Positions 40,752 through 55,200 of a stretch of 64,000 nt of DNA are shown piece after piece (the first letter of the stretch is position 1; each line of letters opens with the position of its first letter). The position numbers were made by a program, and so were the translations under genes. Source of the DNA: Eledone cirrhosa (Eukaryota); the NCBI GenBank assembly GCA_964016885.1, contig OZ024740.1:427862001-427926000 (forward strand). Direction: 5' to 3'. The notes beneath the pieces were generated by a model. That model made no database searches. It had not been told where the DNA came from and worked only from the letters and a program-made list of their open reading frames with translations.

Positions 40752-41561
40752 AAATAAAATGTCAAGGAATTAATAAATTGAATACAAACATTTGTGTTAC
40801 TCTACACTCTATTATTTTTGACGGGTGCTATGCTACTACACAATGTCTCTCACACATTCTCACACACACGCACATATATATATATATATATACGCATATG
40901 CAGCAGGGGTGGAGTGTTTACATTAATAAACGCAGTTGTCATATTAAACATAAAAACATTACGAAAGTATTGTAAGTTGAATGAACAGAAAAAGAATAGA
41001 AAGCCCAACGTGGAGAGGTTGTACAGAAAAATGTACCAAAAAAATATGTTGGCAGTAAATAAAATGTTAATATGAATGAATATGCCAATGTAGTCTATAT
41101 TTCTACGTTGTTACTGACACTTTTAGCAGATGTTACATACGTGTTGTGAGGAATATTCTTATAAAATGTACATTTACATATATATGTACACACACACACA
41201 CACACACATATATATACTTATATACATAAATATATACATACGTACATATAATTACACACACACAGATATATATATATATATACATATAAATACACAGACA
41301 CATATATCTATATATCGGCATGTGGGTTGACGGCTGAGAGAAAGGGGTGCTCAATACTGAAGTAGAGTTTTAATAGTCATTTTATTAAGGCTGAATAGTG
41401 AGTCTTGTTACTCTGGATACTGCATCACTGGAAATATACTCCTGTCTTTCCATAGGTAACATTCCCGTGGTGGCCATTGATGAATGAGCATGTTTGATGT
41501 TACTGTCCCTCCGGTCGTGATTGAGGCCCCTATGGCATATTCGATATCAGAATCGCGAGAT

Positions 41562-41620
<59 letters not shown>

Positions 41621-41698
41621 CTTTTGCAAACTTTTTTTTATATGAAATCGTGTTATTATTTCTGGCAATATTATAACAATATGACCTTCCCCAAGTAT

Positions 41699-41751
<53 letters not shown>

Positions 41752-41753
<2 letters not shown>

Positions 41754-42105
41754 TAAAAGGAAAAGAAAATGCTGACAAATTTTTCCCAGTGAAAAATAGT
41801 TTAATTAGGAATAAGTATAAATTAGTAATAAGTATTCAGTTTTAGTTTTAAGTTTTTACCGGTTGCGCATTTCTAATGCTTTTCAAAAATAATTTTGAGA
41901 TAGAGCGTTCTGATGTTTGCTCTAATCAGATTAGAGCAAACATCACGGACTCTCTATCTCAAAATTATTTTTGAAAAGCATTAGAAATGCGCAACCGGTA
42001 AAAACTTAAAACTAAAACTGAATACTTATTACTAATTTATACTTATTCCTAATTAAACTATTTTTCACTGGGAAACATTTGTCAGCATTTTCTTTTCCTT
42101 TTACT
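41752..42105. repeat. About 354-bp palindrome (axis about 41928); each arm has a degenerate TTGAAAA-type hammerhead
   Basis: Centre TGCTCTAATC-A-GATTAGAGCA. Right arm reads TTT-TTGAAAA-GCAT tagaa ATGC-GCAA-CCGG-TA-AAA (41968-42003). Flanked by (TA)n. Confidence 0.93.
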
Positions 42106-42137
42106 GTCACAACTCGTGTGTTACACCTCTATTTTTT

Positions 42138-42230
<93 letters not shown>

Positions 42231-42240
42231 GGGGGGGGGG

Positions 42241-42422
42241 AGAACACCGACTGCTGAGACCCGGCCGTTTTGACAGCTAGATCTGAGTTCGGATCCAATT
42301 GTCGAAATGGCCAGAGCTCAGCCGCCGGGTGTAGTCTTTTCCTATTACCTATTCCAGTACCCTAAGTATCGAGTACTCTGGTGCCTTATGGTCTACCTAG
42401 TTTTTTACCACACCTTCTTCGT
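42241..42422 (+). mobile_element. Third, more diverged copy of the fold-back pLTR family
   Basis: GTCGAAATGGCCAGAGCTCAGCCG...CCTATTACC...CCCTAAGTATCGAGTACTCTGGTGCCTTATG aligns by eye to 23755-23876. Confidence 0.72.
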
Positions 42423-42469
42423 TATATATATATGTATATATAATACACAGTGTAATATATATATATATA

Positions 42470-42571
42470 TACGAGGTGTGTTAGAAAAGTTCCAGGACTG
42501 ATGTCACAAAAGATTTATTTCAAACCCAAACTTCACACTAAGTGTTTTCTCCTTCAAAGTAATCCTCCTGG
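42470..42571. mobile_element. Probable mariner-like DNA transposon terminus, cut off by the assembly gap
   Basis: TA followed by CGAGGTGTGTTAGAAAAGTTCC, resembling mariner TIR starts (TACGAGG..T..AAAAGT). The second TIR is not visible. Confidence 0.5.
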
Positions 42572-42771
42572 NNNNNNNNNNNNNNNNNNNNNNNNNNNNN
42601 NNNNNNNNNNNNNNNNNNNNNNNNNNNNNNNNNNNNNNNNNNNNNNNNNNNNNNNNNNNNNNNNNNNNNNNNNNNNNNNNNNNNNNNNNNNNNNNNNNNN
42701 NNNNNNNNNNNNNNNNNNNNNNNNNNNNNNNNNNNNNNNNNNNNNNNNNNNNNNNNNNNNNNNNNNNNNNN
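42572..42771. other. Assembly gap (200 N)
   Basis: Run of N; the round length suggests a placeholder scaffold gap. Confidence 0.99.
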
Positions 42772-43812
<1,041 letters not shown>

Positions 43813-43815
<3 letters not shown>

Positions 43816-43965
43816 ATTCAAGAAAGAAGAGTGACATGGTTCACTATACAATAAGGGCTTTATTCACGTTGCTGACAATTGTTTCTTTGATCTGGTAGGT
43901 CTAGAGATCGCTACCCATCTGATTTTGCGTCAATCGAATTCCAATACTTTGTTTATAACCAGTCG

Positions 43966-43966
<1 letters not shown>
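43813..43966 (-). mobile_element. pLTR fragment with the 3' half of a hammerhead
   Basis: Minus strand GAAA-CAATTG-TC-AGCAAC gtg AATAAA, the same 3' half as at 40180-40201; (TA)n on both sides. Confidence 0.55.
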
Positions 43967-44026
<60 letters not shown>

Positions 44027-44027
44027 T

Positions 44028-44530
44028 AAATTTCTTTATTAGCCACAAGGGTACAAAAGAAGGGGACAAATACATATGGAGAGTTTACATACAGGTAATT
44101 TAAAATAAAACTATTAATAAAATAACAAATAACAATAGTCGTTCTACATAGCCCCACATGTCGGTAACGCCCCGGGCAGTGTACAAATGCGTGCGCGACG
44201 GTTTCCTCGTCGCGCACGCATCTCGGACAGATCTTTTTCGAAGGGTCCCTGCCCGGGCGCCCGTGTCTGTAGAGCTTGTCTCGAACTGGTAGAGCTCCTC
44301 GGTAGCACTGCCAGGCCGGGGACTTTTGGAAGTTGTCCATTGGTCCCGGGCGGAAGGTCCTACCGAACAGACTGGCCAGTTCGTCCTCCTCTACGCCTAG
44401 AGTTTCTCCGAGCGCGTCGTCGCACTTGCTGCGGACCAACCCTCTATAGAATGTCGAAGTGGAGTTTCCACTGATCACCGGGTCCGTTTGCCAGAGGACT
44501 GTGAGCGCCTGAGCACATTCGATGTGCCAG
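44028..44530 (-). mobile_element. 5'-truncated, internally deleted 3' fragment of the Tx1-like LINE
   Basis: Encodes WHIECAQAL...ALPVRDKL...CPRCVRDEETVAHAFVHC, homologous to 45156-45549 and joined to a related 3' UTR with AATAAA. Confidence 0.9.
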
Positions 44531-44552
44531 TAGATAGATAGATAGATATATG

Positions 44553-44599
<47 letters not shown>

Positions 44600-44835
44600 T
44601 TATTAGCCACAGGGGCTCAAAAGAAGGGGACAAATACAAAGGGGGAAGTTTACATACAATAAAAACGTGTAAAATGTTATCACAAATGGAATTTAAAAAG
44701 TTAGTCGATTTTCTCCAATAGAGGGAGACAGTTTATATGGGTAACACATACCCCCGAAAAATAAAATGTGCAACGCTCATCTCCAGGAGTACGAAGAGTT
44801 TGTACTCCTTTCCTCTCCTCCTCCTTTTCCTCAAC

Positions 44836-47800
44836 CTACAGGCTGATATAGAGAGAAGGCCCATTCACTCGGGCCATTCTCGCCACTTTCACCCACCTTT
44901 CATAAAACTTGCTGGGGTACAGCACCTCTCTCTCCATCCTGATTCTTCTTCCAAAGTGGTATTTGAAAAAAAGAATCAGTTGTTGGCCGGAGAGAAAGGT
45001 GTCTGACCTCAGCCCTTTCAACCTTGTCCACCATACAACCTCTTTCGCCATAGCTATCACACAAAGGAAAACTGCCTCTCCTTCGTTTTTGAAGGAGGGT
45101 GGCGGTTTGATCATGACAATGGACTCGGTGGTCAACTGGATTGGTCCCACCCGCGACAATAGTCGTTCTACATAGCCCCACAGGTCAGTGACGCCCGGGC
45201 AGTGTATGAATGCGTGTGCGACGGTTTCTTCGTCTCGCACGTACCTCGGACAGATCTTTTTTGCAGGGTCTCTGCCCGGGCGCCCATGTCTGTAGAGTTT
45301 GTCTCGAACTGGTAGAGCTCCTCGGTAGCCAGGCCAGGGACTTTTGGAAGTTGTCCATCGGTCCCGGGCGGAAGGTCCTACCGAACAGACTGGCCAGTAC
45401 ATCTTCCTCTACGCCCAGAGTTTCTCCGAGCGCGTCGTCGCACTTGCTGCGGACCAACCCTCTATAGAATGACGAAGTGGAGTCTCCATTGATCGCCGGG
45501 TCCGCCTGCCAGAGGGCTGTGAGCGCCTGAGCACATTCGATGTGCCAGTCGCCCATTTTTCTAGGTCTTTGCTTGACCCAGGACTGCAGCTCGGTCAGCG
45601 AGATGAGTCGTGGGAAGGCTCGCCTCACGAACGGGGCCCACACCGGTTGTCCGGTGAGGAATACGTAGAGATGCCGCAGCCTGAGCGCGTGTTTGCGCAT
45701 CGTCAACCACGGCATCCCCAGCCCTCCGTTAGAAGGGTGTTGACAGCAGATGGATCTTCTCACCAAAGGACCCCGCCTCTTCCAAAGGAATCGGAAGAGC
45801 GCGCGCTCCATTTTGGCAAGCGTTTTGGCTGGACAAGGCACGACGGTCAAGCGGTAGTAGATGGCGGACGCTATAAAAGTGTTCGCCACCTCCGCTCGAC
45901 GTTTCATGGATAGTTTGCACTCGGCCCACTTCTGGGTGAGTGCAAACACCTTGGCCGTCACTTCGTTCCAGTTCTTCTCCATCTGGAGGTCCGGACCAAA
46001 CCAGACCCCGAGCAGCTTTACCGGTCCTTCCGTCCAGCGTCCGACGACGCGATCGGAAGGCATCGGTTTGCCTCTCCCCGATCCGAGTTGCAAACCGATG
46101 GACTTGTCCTGGTTCAGCTTCGCTCCTGTGAGACTTTCGTATTCCTTCAGTAAGGTGCCGACTTCCTCGATTTGCGAGGCGCTCGACACCATTACCGCCA
46201 CGTCGTCGGCGTAGGCCGACGCCGCTTTCCGCAGTCCCGGTTCCAGAGGGATGCTCTGCAATAGCTCCAGCTTCCGCAGTAGTGGCTCGAGAGTCAGTAC
46301 GTACTGAAGGGAGGATAGAGGGCATCCCTGTCGAATGGATCGCGTAATATGGAACGGCTCCGAGAGGTACCCGTTCACCTTGACCCTTGAGCAGATGTTG
46401 CTGTTGTGCATTGCAGCAATCCAGCCCCTGAATACGGGTCCGAAGCCTGCCGCCTCGAGCACCGCATCCAGGTAACGATGGTCAACCCTATCGAAAGCCT
46501 TAGACTGATCCAAGTTGATCAGGGCTCCACCGAAGCCGGGTTTACACCCTACCCTCTCTATGATGTATCACATGAGGTGGAGGTTGTCGTGTATGGACCT
46601 GGTCGGGATTGCGCATGTCTGCGCTTCTCCCACCAGGTTCTCGACGACAAGCGCCAGCCTCTTTGCCAACACCTTGGCCAAAATCTGTAACTCTGTGTTT
46701 AGCAGAGTTATGGGCCGGAAGTTGCCTATGTCATCCCCCTTATTCTCGTCCTTCCTGATTAGTGTGACCACGCTCCCGGTTACAGAACTGGGAATTCTCC
46801 CGTTCTGTTGCCAGTTGCAGTAGACCGCTTCCAGGAGACCGGAGAATAAGTCCGGCATTGCTACGTAAAATTCGTAGGGTAGACCGTCGAGACCTGGAGA
46901 TTTGCGTTTGCCGCATTGGCTCAACGCGTCCCCTATCTCAGTGGCTGAAATCGGCTTTTCGCAGAACTTTGCCTCGCTGTCTGAGAGTCGCGGTAGGCCG
47001 TCGATGTATGGACCGAAATCCATAGCCTCTCCAGGCGCCCCCTCCCACCCCCCCCGAACAGCCGAGCAAAGTGCCGCTGAAAAGCCGCACACATCTGCTT
47101 CGGCTCACGTATCACGCGTCCGTTTTGGTCCTTCAAAGACCGAACCGTGGACTTGTTGCCACTTTTTGCCTCCGTCACTCGGGCCCAGCTAACAGCTTTG
47201 GCTCCCTCGTTTCCCAGAGCACGTATTTTTCTTCTGACAACGCAGCCCTCGTGCTTTGCGTCGAAGAACTGGTCCAAGGCCGTTCTCGTTGCTAGCACGC
47301 TGGCTACGTTGCCACTTCTGATTGCCTCTTCTACTTTATCTACCAGTTCCTTCTCGGTTCTATTTCTATCTAACGCTAATTCTTTACTAAAAACTATCGA
47401 GTCTAATCTAACTGCCCTCTTGAGAGAGTACCACCATCTGTTGTTGACAATGGCCCCTGTCAAGTGCTGTTTAAATAAAGTGCTAATCCGTCTACTGTAG
47501 GCTTTGCTTGTCGGTAACGACAAGTTCAGCTTCCAGTAGCCGGATCCTTGTCTATGGGTTCTATCAAGGTTGGCCATGCAGGTCACTAGTTTGTGATCTG
47601 AAAAGGCAACCATGAACATTTGTGGACAGCTTAACATGTCCCTATCCTTATTTCTAACTAGAACCCTATCTAGGTACGATCTAGATGTTCCGCTACGATT
47701 ACTCCACGTCCACAGTGGCGCAGTCGGAAAATCTAGTCGATATCTATCGGCCAGGTCAAATCGGTCGATTAACTGTTTGAGGCTGTTACACCCCCCTTTA

Positions 47801-48138
47801 TCGGGACATGCTCCCACATAGTTCCAACGTGCATCTAGGATTCAATTCTAGTCCCACACTAAAAGCAAGGAGTGGGACGTTCCCAGAAAAGTCTCTAGAC
47901 GTTTGAAGAAGTCTGGCCGCGGTGTCCCTCATGGGGCATATGCGGCCACCAGCCTGAAGGCTCCACCTTCACTACCGTCAACGTCTAGGACCACCAGTCG
48001 ACCCTCCGGGTCCAGATGTACCGTCTGTGTTACGAGGCCCAGGTGTTTCCGCAGCAAAACGGCAACTCCGCTCCCACTCCCCGGTTGACAGAGAGATGCG
48101 TAGATCTCAAAGTCATCGAAGACTCTTATATTGGCCAT
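44836..48138 (-). pseudogene. Tx1-like ORF2 (APE endonuclease, RT, C-terminal zinc knuckle), multiply frameshifted
   Basis: Motifs GVAVLL, EGRL, AYAP, TWSN..SYLDR, SDHK, GYWKLN, KSPGLDGLPYEFY, NFRPITLLN, DQSKAFDRVDH, RQGCPLS, AYADD, GGLG and EETVAHAFIHC are spread across consecutive ORF fragments. Confidence 0.93.
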
Positions 48139-48171
48139 GTTGGTGCTGAAAAGTTAAAAGAGGAAAAGAGA

Positions 48172-50072
48172 TCACTCACCCTTCGTCTCCTGGGGACCAG
48201 GCCGCACGATTTCCATGGGGGTGTTGGAGGGGTTGTCTGGATGGGTGGTGGTTTCCGGCGGGGTGGGGACGGAGATGTTTGGTGGGGTGGGGGTGTCTGG
48301 GGTGGGGAGACATTTGAGAAGTACGCGGTTGAGTGGTTTCACGCAGGAATTCCCCGCATCCTTCTCAAATGTTTCTTTTAGGGACCTATAAGTTTGTATA
48401 GGGACCTTAATCAGTTTTAGGTTCAGTTTTTTGCTATTTTTACTAGATGGGCGAAAGTTTTCCCTTCGGTTTTCACCGAAGGGTCGTTCGTGATGGTCTC
48501 CATTAGTGTTTTGTTTTCAGTGTTTATGTAAGTGTAAGTGTAATTTTCTTGTGTTGTGTTTGTTTTTGTCTGTAGTTCTTGTGTGTGCTTTCGTTTTGTT
48601 GTAGGTATTTTGTTTTCAGGAGGTGGGGGTTTTGTTTGTGATATTTTTGTTGTTTGTGTTGGTGGTTGTATGTTTGTGGTAGTGTTTGCTGTTTTTTTGC
48701 TTTTGTGATGTCTTTTCTTTCTTTTCGAGCGATGGGGTTCTCCCTCGTCTTCACTGGGTGATGGCGAGATAGCCTCATCTGTTGTATCGGCTGTGTGATT
48801 GGGGAGGGGTATGTCTTGGGGAGCTGTTGTGTCTGTATGTGATTTTGCAGTGGTTTTAGGTGGAGTGGGGTTGGGTGGGACTGTGTTTGTTGTGGTTATT
48901 TTTGTGTGTTGGTGTTGTTGTTGTTGTGGTGGTGTTGGTGGTTGTGTTGTTTTGATGGGTGTCGGCAGAATAGCCTTTTTTTGGTTCATTAATTTAGGAC
49001 AGGAAGCCCTCAGGTGACCCCTGCTAAAGCAATGGTAACATGAAGGCCGCCTACCTTCAACCGAAAAGTTTATGTAGGTGAGTCCGTCCAGGAGTACACG
49101 TTGTGGGATCATAGCTATTCGCTCTGGGCTCATTTGCACCAGAACTTCAATGCTAGTCCCATTGAATACATCTATGGGAGACTTGCCTACTGACAGTATT
49201 CTGTCTTCATCAAAATTGATGAAGCCGCACAGTAACCACCATATGTTCACCTTTGGTGTGACACTCATGATTCCGATCTTTTGTGTCCTTTTTCCCATGT
49301 ATGTAGGGAAAAAGGTGTACAGGATGGCTACAATTAGCGACACAGAGTAATTTTGGGCCGTCAATTGATCCTTCATGAGTAACGAAATGCTCCCAAAATG
49401 TTTGCTTCTTTGAATGAATGCAATATCATTCATTGAATTTTTGAAAACCAAATCAATTTCTTTCTGTGACAATTGGACTGGTTTTCGGGTAGAATTGGAA
49501 ACTGTCCTAAAAACTATCGTTTTGAGAGCAGTTTCCTTGCGAATTTCTACCGGAGAATTGATGCTGAAAGCACCATTTTTTTCGAAACTAACATATCTCC
49601 GAGCGTCCTTTAAAAGTGGTTCAGCATTTGTTATGTCGAGATATATCAATTCTTCCTTTTTTTGAACTTTCTCTGCAAAGGAGATTTTTGGTTTCTTTGT
49701 GGAATCCGTGTTGTTGGTGTTGTCATTATTGTTGTTATTGTTGTTGTTATTCTTGTTGTCACCGATGTTGGTATTGTTCGTATTTTCCTTGGTGTTGTTG
49801 TTGTCTTTGATGCTGGTGTTATTGGTGTTGTCTTTATTTTTTTCTTTGTTGTTGTTATCATTGTTGCTTTTATCATCATTATTGGTGTTGCTGTTATTTT
49901 TGTTGTCATTGAACTATTTGGTGTCATTTGTGTTGTTTGGATATGAATTCGTTTTTACATTTTCATTTTGTCTTTCCATCTCTATAGTATCTAGTGAAGA
50001 AGACGTTGTTGACTGCGAGCTTTGTAGTCTTACCGCCTCTCCACCACCATTATCGTTGGACGCAGCGTTCAT
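48172..50072 (-). pseudogene. Tx1-like ORF1 (nucleic-acid-binding protein with CCHC knuckle), disrupted
   Basis: The 408-aa fragment contains VEGRRPSCYHCFSRGHLRASCP with low-complexity flanks and lies upstream of ORF2. The outer limits are inferred across stops and frameshifts. Confidence 0.8.
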
Positions 50073-50339
50073 AACGTAATCAAAATTTTACAATATTTTT
50101 CCCAAGATTCGATGGAGAAAAATTTTTTAAATGGATATTCCGCCCCTGAAGGGGCGAAAATGAGTTGACCCACCACCTGAAGGTCCAGACACAATGATAT
50201 AAAATTTAACTAAAGTTACACAATGATATAAAATTTAACTAAAAACTCACGTTTTTTTCTTACATAAATTAACGGAAACTTCTCCTCGAAGTTACACACG
50301 TCTGATAGAGAGATAAATATATAGATAGATAGATAGAGG

Positions 50340-50371
<32 letters not shown>

Positions 50372-50869
50372 TATTTCTTTATTAGCCACAGGGGCACAAA
50401 AGAAGGGGACAAATACAAAGGGGGAAGTTTACATACAATAAAAACGTGTAAAATGTTATCACAGATGGAATTTAAAAGTTAGTCGATTTTCCCCAATAGA
50501 GGGAGACAGTTTATATGGGTAACACAGACCCCCGAAAAAAATGTGCAACCCTCATCTCCAGGAGTACGAAGAGCTTGTACTCCTTTCCTCTCCTCCTCCT
50601 TTTCCTCAACCTACAGGCTGATATAGAGAGAAGGCCCATTCACTCGGGCCATTCTCGCCACTTTCACCCACCTTTCATAAAACTTGCTGGGGTACAGCAC
50701 CTCTCTCTCCATCCTGATTCTTCTTCCAAAGTGGTATTTGAAAAAAAGAATCAGTTGTTGGCCGGAGAGAAAGGTGTCTGACCTCAGCCCTTTCAACCTT
50801 GTCCACCATACAACCTCTTTCGCCATAGCTATCACACAAAGGAAAACCGCCTCTCCTTCGTTTTTGAAG
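50372..50869 (-). mobile_element. 5'-truncated 3' end of the same Tx1-like LINE
   Basis: Nearly identical to 44599-45094; (GATA)n on both sides. Confidence 0.95.
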
Positions 50870-50895
50870 ATAGATAGATAGATAGATAGATAGAT

Positions 50896-50999
50896 TCCAC
50901 TGCAGTTTTCTGAAGAATATTCATTTGTCACCTTTACCGCTTTCACAGTTCTTATGCTTTTCAAAAGTAGAATTGAGATGGAGTGTTTGTGGTTTTCCT

Positions 51000-51003
<4 letters not shown>
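50896..51003 (-). mobile_element. Single-arm relative of the 39297 palindrome with a degenerate TTGAAAA hammerhead (50932-50967)
   Basis: CCTTTACCGCTTTCACAGTTCTTATGCTTTTCAAAAG...TTGAGATGGAG.G..TGTGGTTTT aligns to 39373-39445. Confidence 0.8.
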
Positions 51004-51092
<89 letters not shown>

Positions 51093-52277
51093 ATATATAT
51101 ACGCACGCGCGCATAATCACCGCTTGTATACATTACACAAAGAGCAACGATCGAGTTTCTCCAAATTCTTTTCTGCTGTGTAAAAGTAGAGTTTCTTTGA
51201 ATTTTTTTCCTGTTCACCTTTTCATTAAATAACGTGTACAGCTGCCATTTTATATATTTTAGAATATTACTTCATTTAAGCCTAGAAATCTATTTATTCA
51301 GTAAATGATCTGAATTTGAAATTATTTCAAACATAACATTGTCTCTTTTAGATCAAGCTCCGAAAATAGCAAGCCTGCTGTGCAAATAACCTCACACACA
51401 GTTAAACAGACACACATACAGACACACGCACACACGTAGACACAGATATATACATGCACATACACGCAGACACACATATATACATGCACACACACACACG
51501 CAAGCAAAAATGCGTCCATACACAAGCAAAAGCACAAACACATACATATATACGATATATGTATGTATAGATATAGATATATGTGTATGTATGTAAGTAA
51601 TGTATATGTGTAAGTATGCATGTATGTATATATGAATGTATGCCTGTATGTATGCATGTATATATATATATATATATATGTGTGTGTAAGTAATGTATGT
51701 ATGTATGTATGTATGTATGTATGCATGTATATATATATATGTATGTAAGTAATGTATGTATGTTTGTCAGGTCTCTCTTCACTGCTACTGGTAAAATGTA
51801 ACCCAGTACAACCTGTTGCATGGTCGGGTCATCGGCGATTACACAGGCAACCCCCTGGGGTGAATTTGGAGGAAGAAGAAGAAGAAGAAGAAGAAGAAGA
51901 AGAAGAAGAAGAAGAAGAAGAAACCTGAGACAGATCGATACCAGTTGAAGCTGTCATGAATAAAATTGAGCTGAATAAAATATTTACTACTGCTCGTGTT
52001 TGATCACAAAAAACTGGATTTTGTTTAAAGGGATTTTAATTTTAAGTCAATAGACGTACTTAATAGGGGACACAATAAAAGCAATATAGACGGTCTTGAA
52101 AGAAATGTGAATACAGCTTTTCCAATCTTAAACCATTTGTATTCTGTGTAATGAGGAGTAGAACGATAAACTAAATCTTTACGGCTTCATTTATGAGTCT
52201 AAAAAGGCAATACAGCTATTAAAATCTTTTTATTTCACTTCAGAATCTGCTTATTTGAAATTATTGCATGTGTTGAG

Positions 52278-55200
52278 ACAAACACATACAGTAAAGAATG
52301 TTCAGAAATACACAAACACAGAGTAATAACACATACAGTAATACACAACCACATACAGTAATAATACATACAATAATACACAAACACATACAGTAATAAT
52401 ACATACAGTAATACACAAACACATACAGTAATAATACATACAGTAATACACAAACACATAGAGTAATAACACATACAGTAATACACAAACACATACAATA
52501 ATAACACATACAGTAATACACAAACACATACAGTAATAATACATACAGTAATACAGAAATACATACAGTAATAATACATACAGTAATACACAAACTCATA
52601 CAGTAATAATACATACAGTAATACACAAACACATACAGTAATAATACATACAGTAATACACAAACACATACAGTAATAATACATACAGTAATACACAAAT
52701 ACATACAGTAATAATACATACAGTAATACACAAACACATACAGTAATAACACATACAGTAATACACAAACACATAGAGTAATCATACATACAGTAATACA
52801 CAAACACATAGAGTAATAACACATACAGTAATACACAAACACATAGAGTAATAACACATACAGTAATACACAAACACATACAGTAATAATACATACAGTA
52901 ATACACAAACACATACAGTAATAATACATACAGTAATACACAAACACATAGAGTAATAATACATACAGTAATACACAAACACATAGAGTAATAATACATA
53001 CAGTAATACACAAACACATAGAGTAATAACACATACAGTAATACACAAACACATACAGTAATAACACATACAGTAATACAAAAACACATACAGTAATACA
53101 AAAACACATACAGTAATAACACACAGTAATACACAAACACATACAATAATAACACATACAATAATACACAAACACATACAGTAATAATACATACAGTAAT
53201 ACACAAACACATACAGTAATAATACATACAGTAATACAGAAACACATACAGTAATAATACATACAGTAATACACAAACACATACAGTAATAATACATACA
53301 GTAATACACAAGCACATACAGTAATAATACATACAGTAATACACAAACACATACAGTAATAATACATGCAGTAATACACAAACACATAGAGTAATAACAC
53401 ATGCAGTAATACACAAACACATACAATAATAACACATACAGTAATACACAAACACATACAGTAATAATACATACAGTAATACACAAACACATACAGTAAT
53501 AATACATACAGGAATACACAAACACATAGAGTAATAACACATACAGTAATACACAAACACATACAATAATAACACATACAGTAATAGACAAACACATACA
53601 GTAATAATACATACAGTAATACACAAACACATACAGTAATAATACATACAGTAATACACAAACACATATGTAATAATACATACAGTAATACACAAACACA
53701 TACAGTAATAATACATACAGTAATACACAAATACATACAGTAATAATACATACAGTAATACACAAACACATAGAGTAATAATACATACAGTAATACACAA
53801 ACACATAGAGTAATAACACATACAGTAATACACAAACACATACAGTAATAAAACATACAGTAATACACAAGCACATACAGTAATAATACATACAGTAATA
53901 CACAAACACATACAGTAATAATACATACAGTAATACACAAACACATACAGTAATAATACATACAGTAATACACAAACACATAGAGTAATAATACATACAG
54001 TAATACACAAACACATAGAGTAATAACACATACAGTAATACACAAACACATACAGTAATAAAACATACAGTAATACACAAGCACATACAGTAATAATACA
54101 TACAGTAATACACAAACACATACAGTAATAATACATACAGTAATACACAAACACATACAGTAATAATACATACAGTAATACATAAACACATACAGTAATA
54201 ATACATACAGTAATACATAAACACATACAGTAATAATACATAAAGTAATACACAAACACATACAGTAATACAACAAACACATACAGTAATAATACATACA
54301 GTAATACACAAACACATACAGTAATAACACATACAGTAATACACAAACACATACAGTAATAACACATACAGTAATACACAAACACATACAGTAATACACA
54401 AACACATACAGTAATAACACATACAGTAATACACAAACACATACAGTAATAATACATACAGTAATACACAAGCACATACAGTAATACACAAACACATACA
54501 GTAATAATACATACAGTAATACAGAAACACATACAGTAATAATACATACAGTAATACACAAACACATACAGTAATACACAAACACATACAATAATAACAC
54601 ATACAGTAATACACAAACACATACAGTAATAATACATACAGTAATACACAAGCACATACAGTAATAATACATACAGTAATACACAAACACATACAGTAAT
54701 AATACATACAGTAATACACAAACACATACAGTAATAATACATACAGTAATACACAAACACATACAGTAATACACAAACACATACAGTAATAATACATACA
54801 GTAATACACAAACACATACAGTAATAATACATACAGTAATACACAAACACATACAGTAATAACACATACAGTAATACACAAACACATAGAGTAATAACAC
54901 ATACAGTAATACACAAACACATAGAGTAATAACACATACAGTAATACACAAACACATAGAGTAATAATACATACAGTAATACACAAACACATAGAGTAAT
55001 AATACATACAGTAATACACAAACACATACAGTAATAACACATACAGTAATACACAAACACATACAGTAATAACACATACAGTAATACACAAACACATAGA
55101 GTAACAATACATACAGTAATACCCAAAAACATACAGTAATACACAAACACATACAGTAATAACACATACAGTAATACACAAACACATACAGTAATAACAC

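Larger units (their letters stand above)
44599..50304 (-). mobile_element. Near full-length, decayed Tx1-like (L1 superfamily) LINE between (GATA)n tracts
   Basis: ORF1 has a CCHC knuckle, ORF2 has APE-RT-CCHC, and the 3' end reads GTGGCTAATAAA. (AGAT)n lies at 44531-44598 and 50305-50370. Confidence 0.92.
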
